Shown here one piece after another: positions 31,406-32,000 of a stretch of 32,000 nucleotides of DNA (position 1 is its first letter; the number at the start of each line of letters is the position of its first letter). The stretch lies in contig CAWISW010000002.1 of the NCBI GenBank assembly GCA_963838925.1, positions 16,705-48,704 on the forward strand, given 5' to 3'. This DNA is from an uncultured Nitrososphaerota archaeon. Lineage in GTDB: Archaea; Thermoproteota; Nitrososphaeria; Nitrososphaerales; Gagatemarchaeaceae. Both the position numbers and the translations under genes were made by a program. The notes beneath the pieces are model-generated. The model made no database searches, had not been told where the DNA came from, and was given only the letters and a program-made list of their open reading frames with translations.

Positions 31406-32000
31406 ATGTCAACACAAGCTATCCCTGCTGTCACATCTAACGGGCAGCCGGTCCTGATTCTAAAGGAAGGAAGCAACCAGTCCAGAGGCAAGGAGGCGCA
31501 GAGGAACAACATCCAGGCGGCCAAGCTGGTCGCCGAGATCGTGAAGAGCTCCATCGGCCCCAGAGGCATGGACAAGATGCTCGTCGACTCGCTCGGCGAC
31601 GTCACCATCACCAACGACGGCGCCACCATGTTGAAGGAGATTGACGTGCAGCACCCAGCGGCCAAGATGCTCGTGGAGGTCTCGAAGGCGACCGACAACG
31701 AGGTCGGCGACGGCACCACGTCTGCGGTCATACTCGCGGGCGCCCTCCTGGAGAAGGCTGAGACGCTCATCGACAAGGGAGTTCACCCGACGATAATAGT
31801 CGAGGGGTACAACAAGGCGGCCGCGCAGGCGATCAAGATCCTCAACGACATAGCCGAGAAGGTCCCGGCCAACGGCAAGGAGTCACTGGTCAAGATCGCC
31901 CGCACCAGCATGCAGACCAAGCTCGTCTCGAGGGAGTCTCAGGAGCTGGCGGAGCTCATAGTCGGCGCGGTGCTGCAGGTCGCCGAGAAGACCGACGCCG
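31406..32000 (+). CDS. thsA: thermosome (group II chaperonin) subunit, N-terminal part; runs off the window
   Basis: Not in the ORF track because there is no stop in the window. My translation from ATG 31406 reads MSTQAIPAVTSNGQPVLILKEGSNQSRGKEAQRNNIQAAKLVAEIVKSSIGPRGMDKMLVDSLGDVTITNDGATMLKEIDVQHPAAKMLVEVSKATDNEVGDGTTSAVILAG... Confidence 0.9.
   Translation, partial: MSTQAIPAVTSNGQPVLILKEGSNQSRGKEAQRNNIQAAKLVAEIVKSSIGPRGMDKMLVDSLGDVTITNDGATMLKEIDVQHPAAKMLVEVSKATDNEVGDGTTSAVILAGALLEKAETLIDKGVHPTIIVEGYNKAAAQAIKILNDIAEKVPANGKESLVKIARTSMQTKLVSRESQELAELIVGAVLQVAEKTDA

Noticed and set aside
31003-31776. 257-aa minus-strand ORF spanning the PCD and thermosome genes
   Set aside because: It is antisense to two genes with unmistakable family signatures and it crosses their intergenic promoter.

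Overview
GC-rich (by eye, not computed) archaeal chromosomal window. Archaeal origin is supported by a thermosome subunit, an archaeal two-domain protein disulfide oxidoreductase, and AT-rich TATA-like boxes about 25-35 nt upstream of most starts. It may be Thermoplasmatota-like, but that is a guess. I call about 40 protein genes on both strands, mostly housekeeping or accessory metabolism. They include a GH-A glycosidase (partial), DUF72, VOC, SDR, HAD, dienelactone hydrolase, aldo/keto reductase, a GNA1-like GNAT, PPK2, a tandem USP, an M3-like peptidase, an amidohydrolase plus APC permease pair, thioredoxin, long-form HMG-CoA synthase, a BtuF-like binding protein, PCD/DCoH and a thermosome (partial). 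There are also three Ser/Thr-rich surface proteins and several uncharacterised membrane proteins. I found no rRNA, tRNA, CRISPR array, transposase or integrase. Five items stand out. (1) A thiol/sulfur-handling neighbourhood at 5.3-11.4 kb: a TusA-YeeE-small membrane protein operon, divergent from AAA+, DUF169 and a PDO carrying a CxxC plus CxxS pair, next to a frameshifted membrane protein with a CCxxP motif. (2) A 375-nt spacer at 15110-15484 holding a diverged tandem duplication with stacked hairpins, which may encode small RNAs. (3) Perfect palindromes over the TATA region of the thermosome gene and of a surface-protein gene. (4) A eukaryote-type GNA1 homologue directly downstream of a sequon-rich surface protein. 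(5) What looks like pervasive leaderless transcription using TTG/GTG starts. All homology statements come from motif recognition by eye. No database search, folding or statistics were run. Many starts differ from the ORF track because I placed them using promoter spacing and family N-termini, so start coordinates are less certain than stops.
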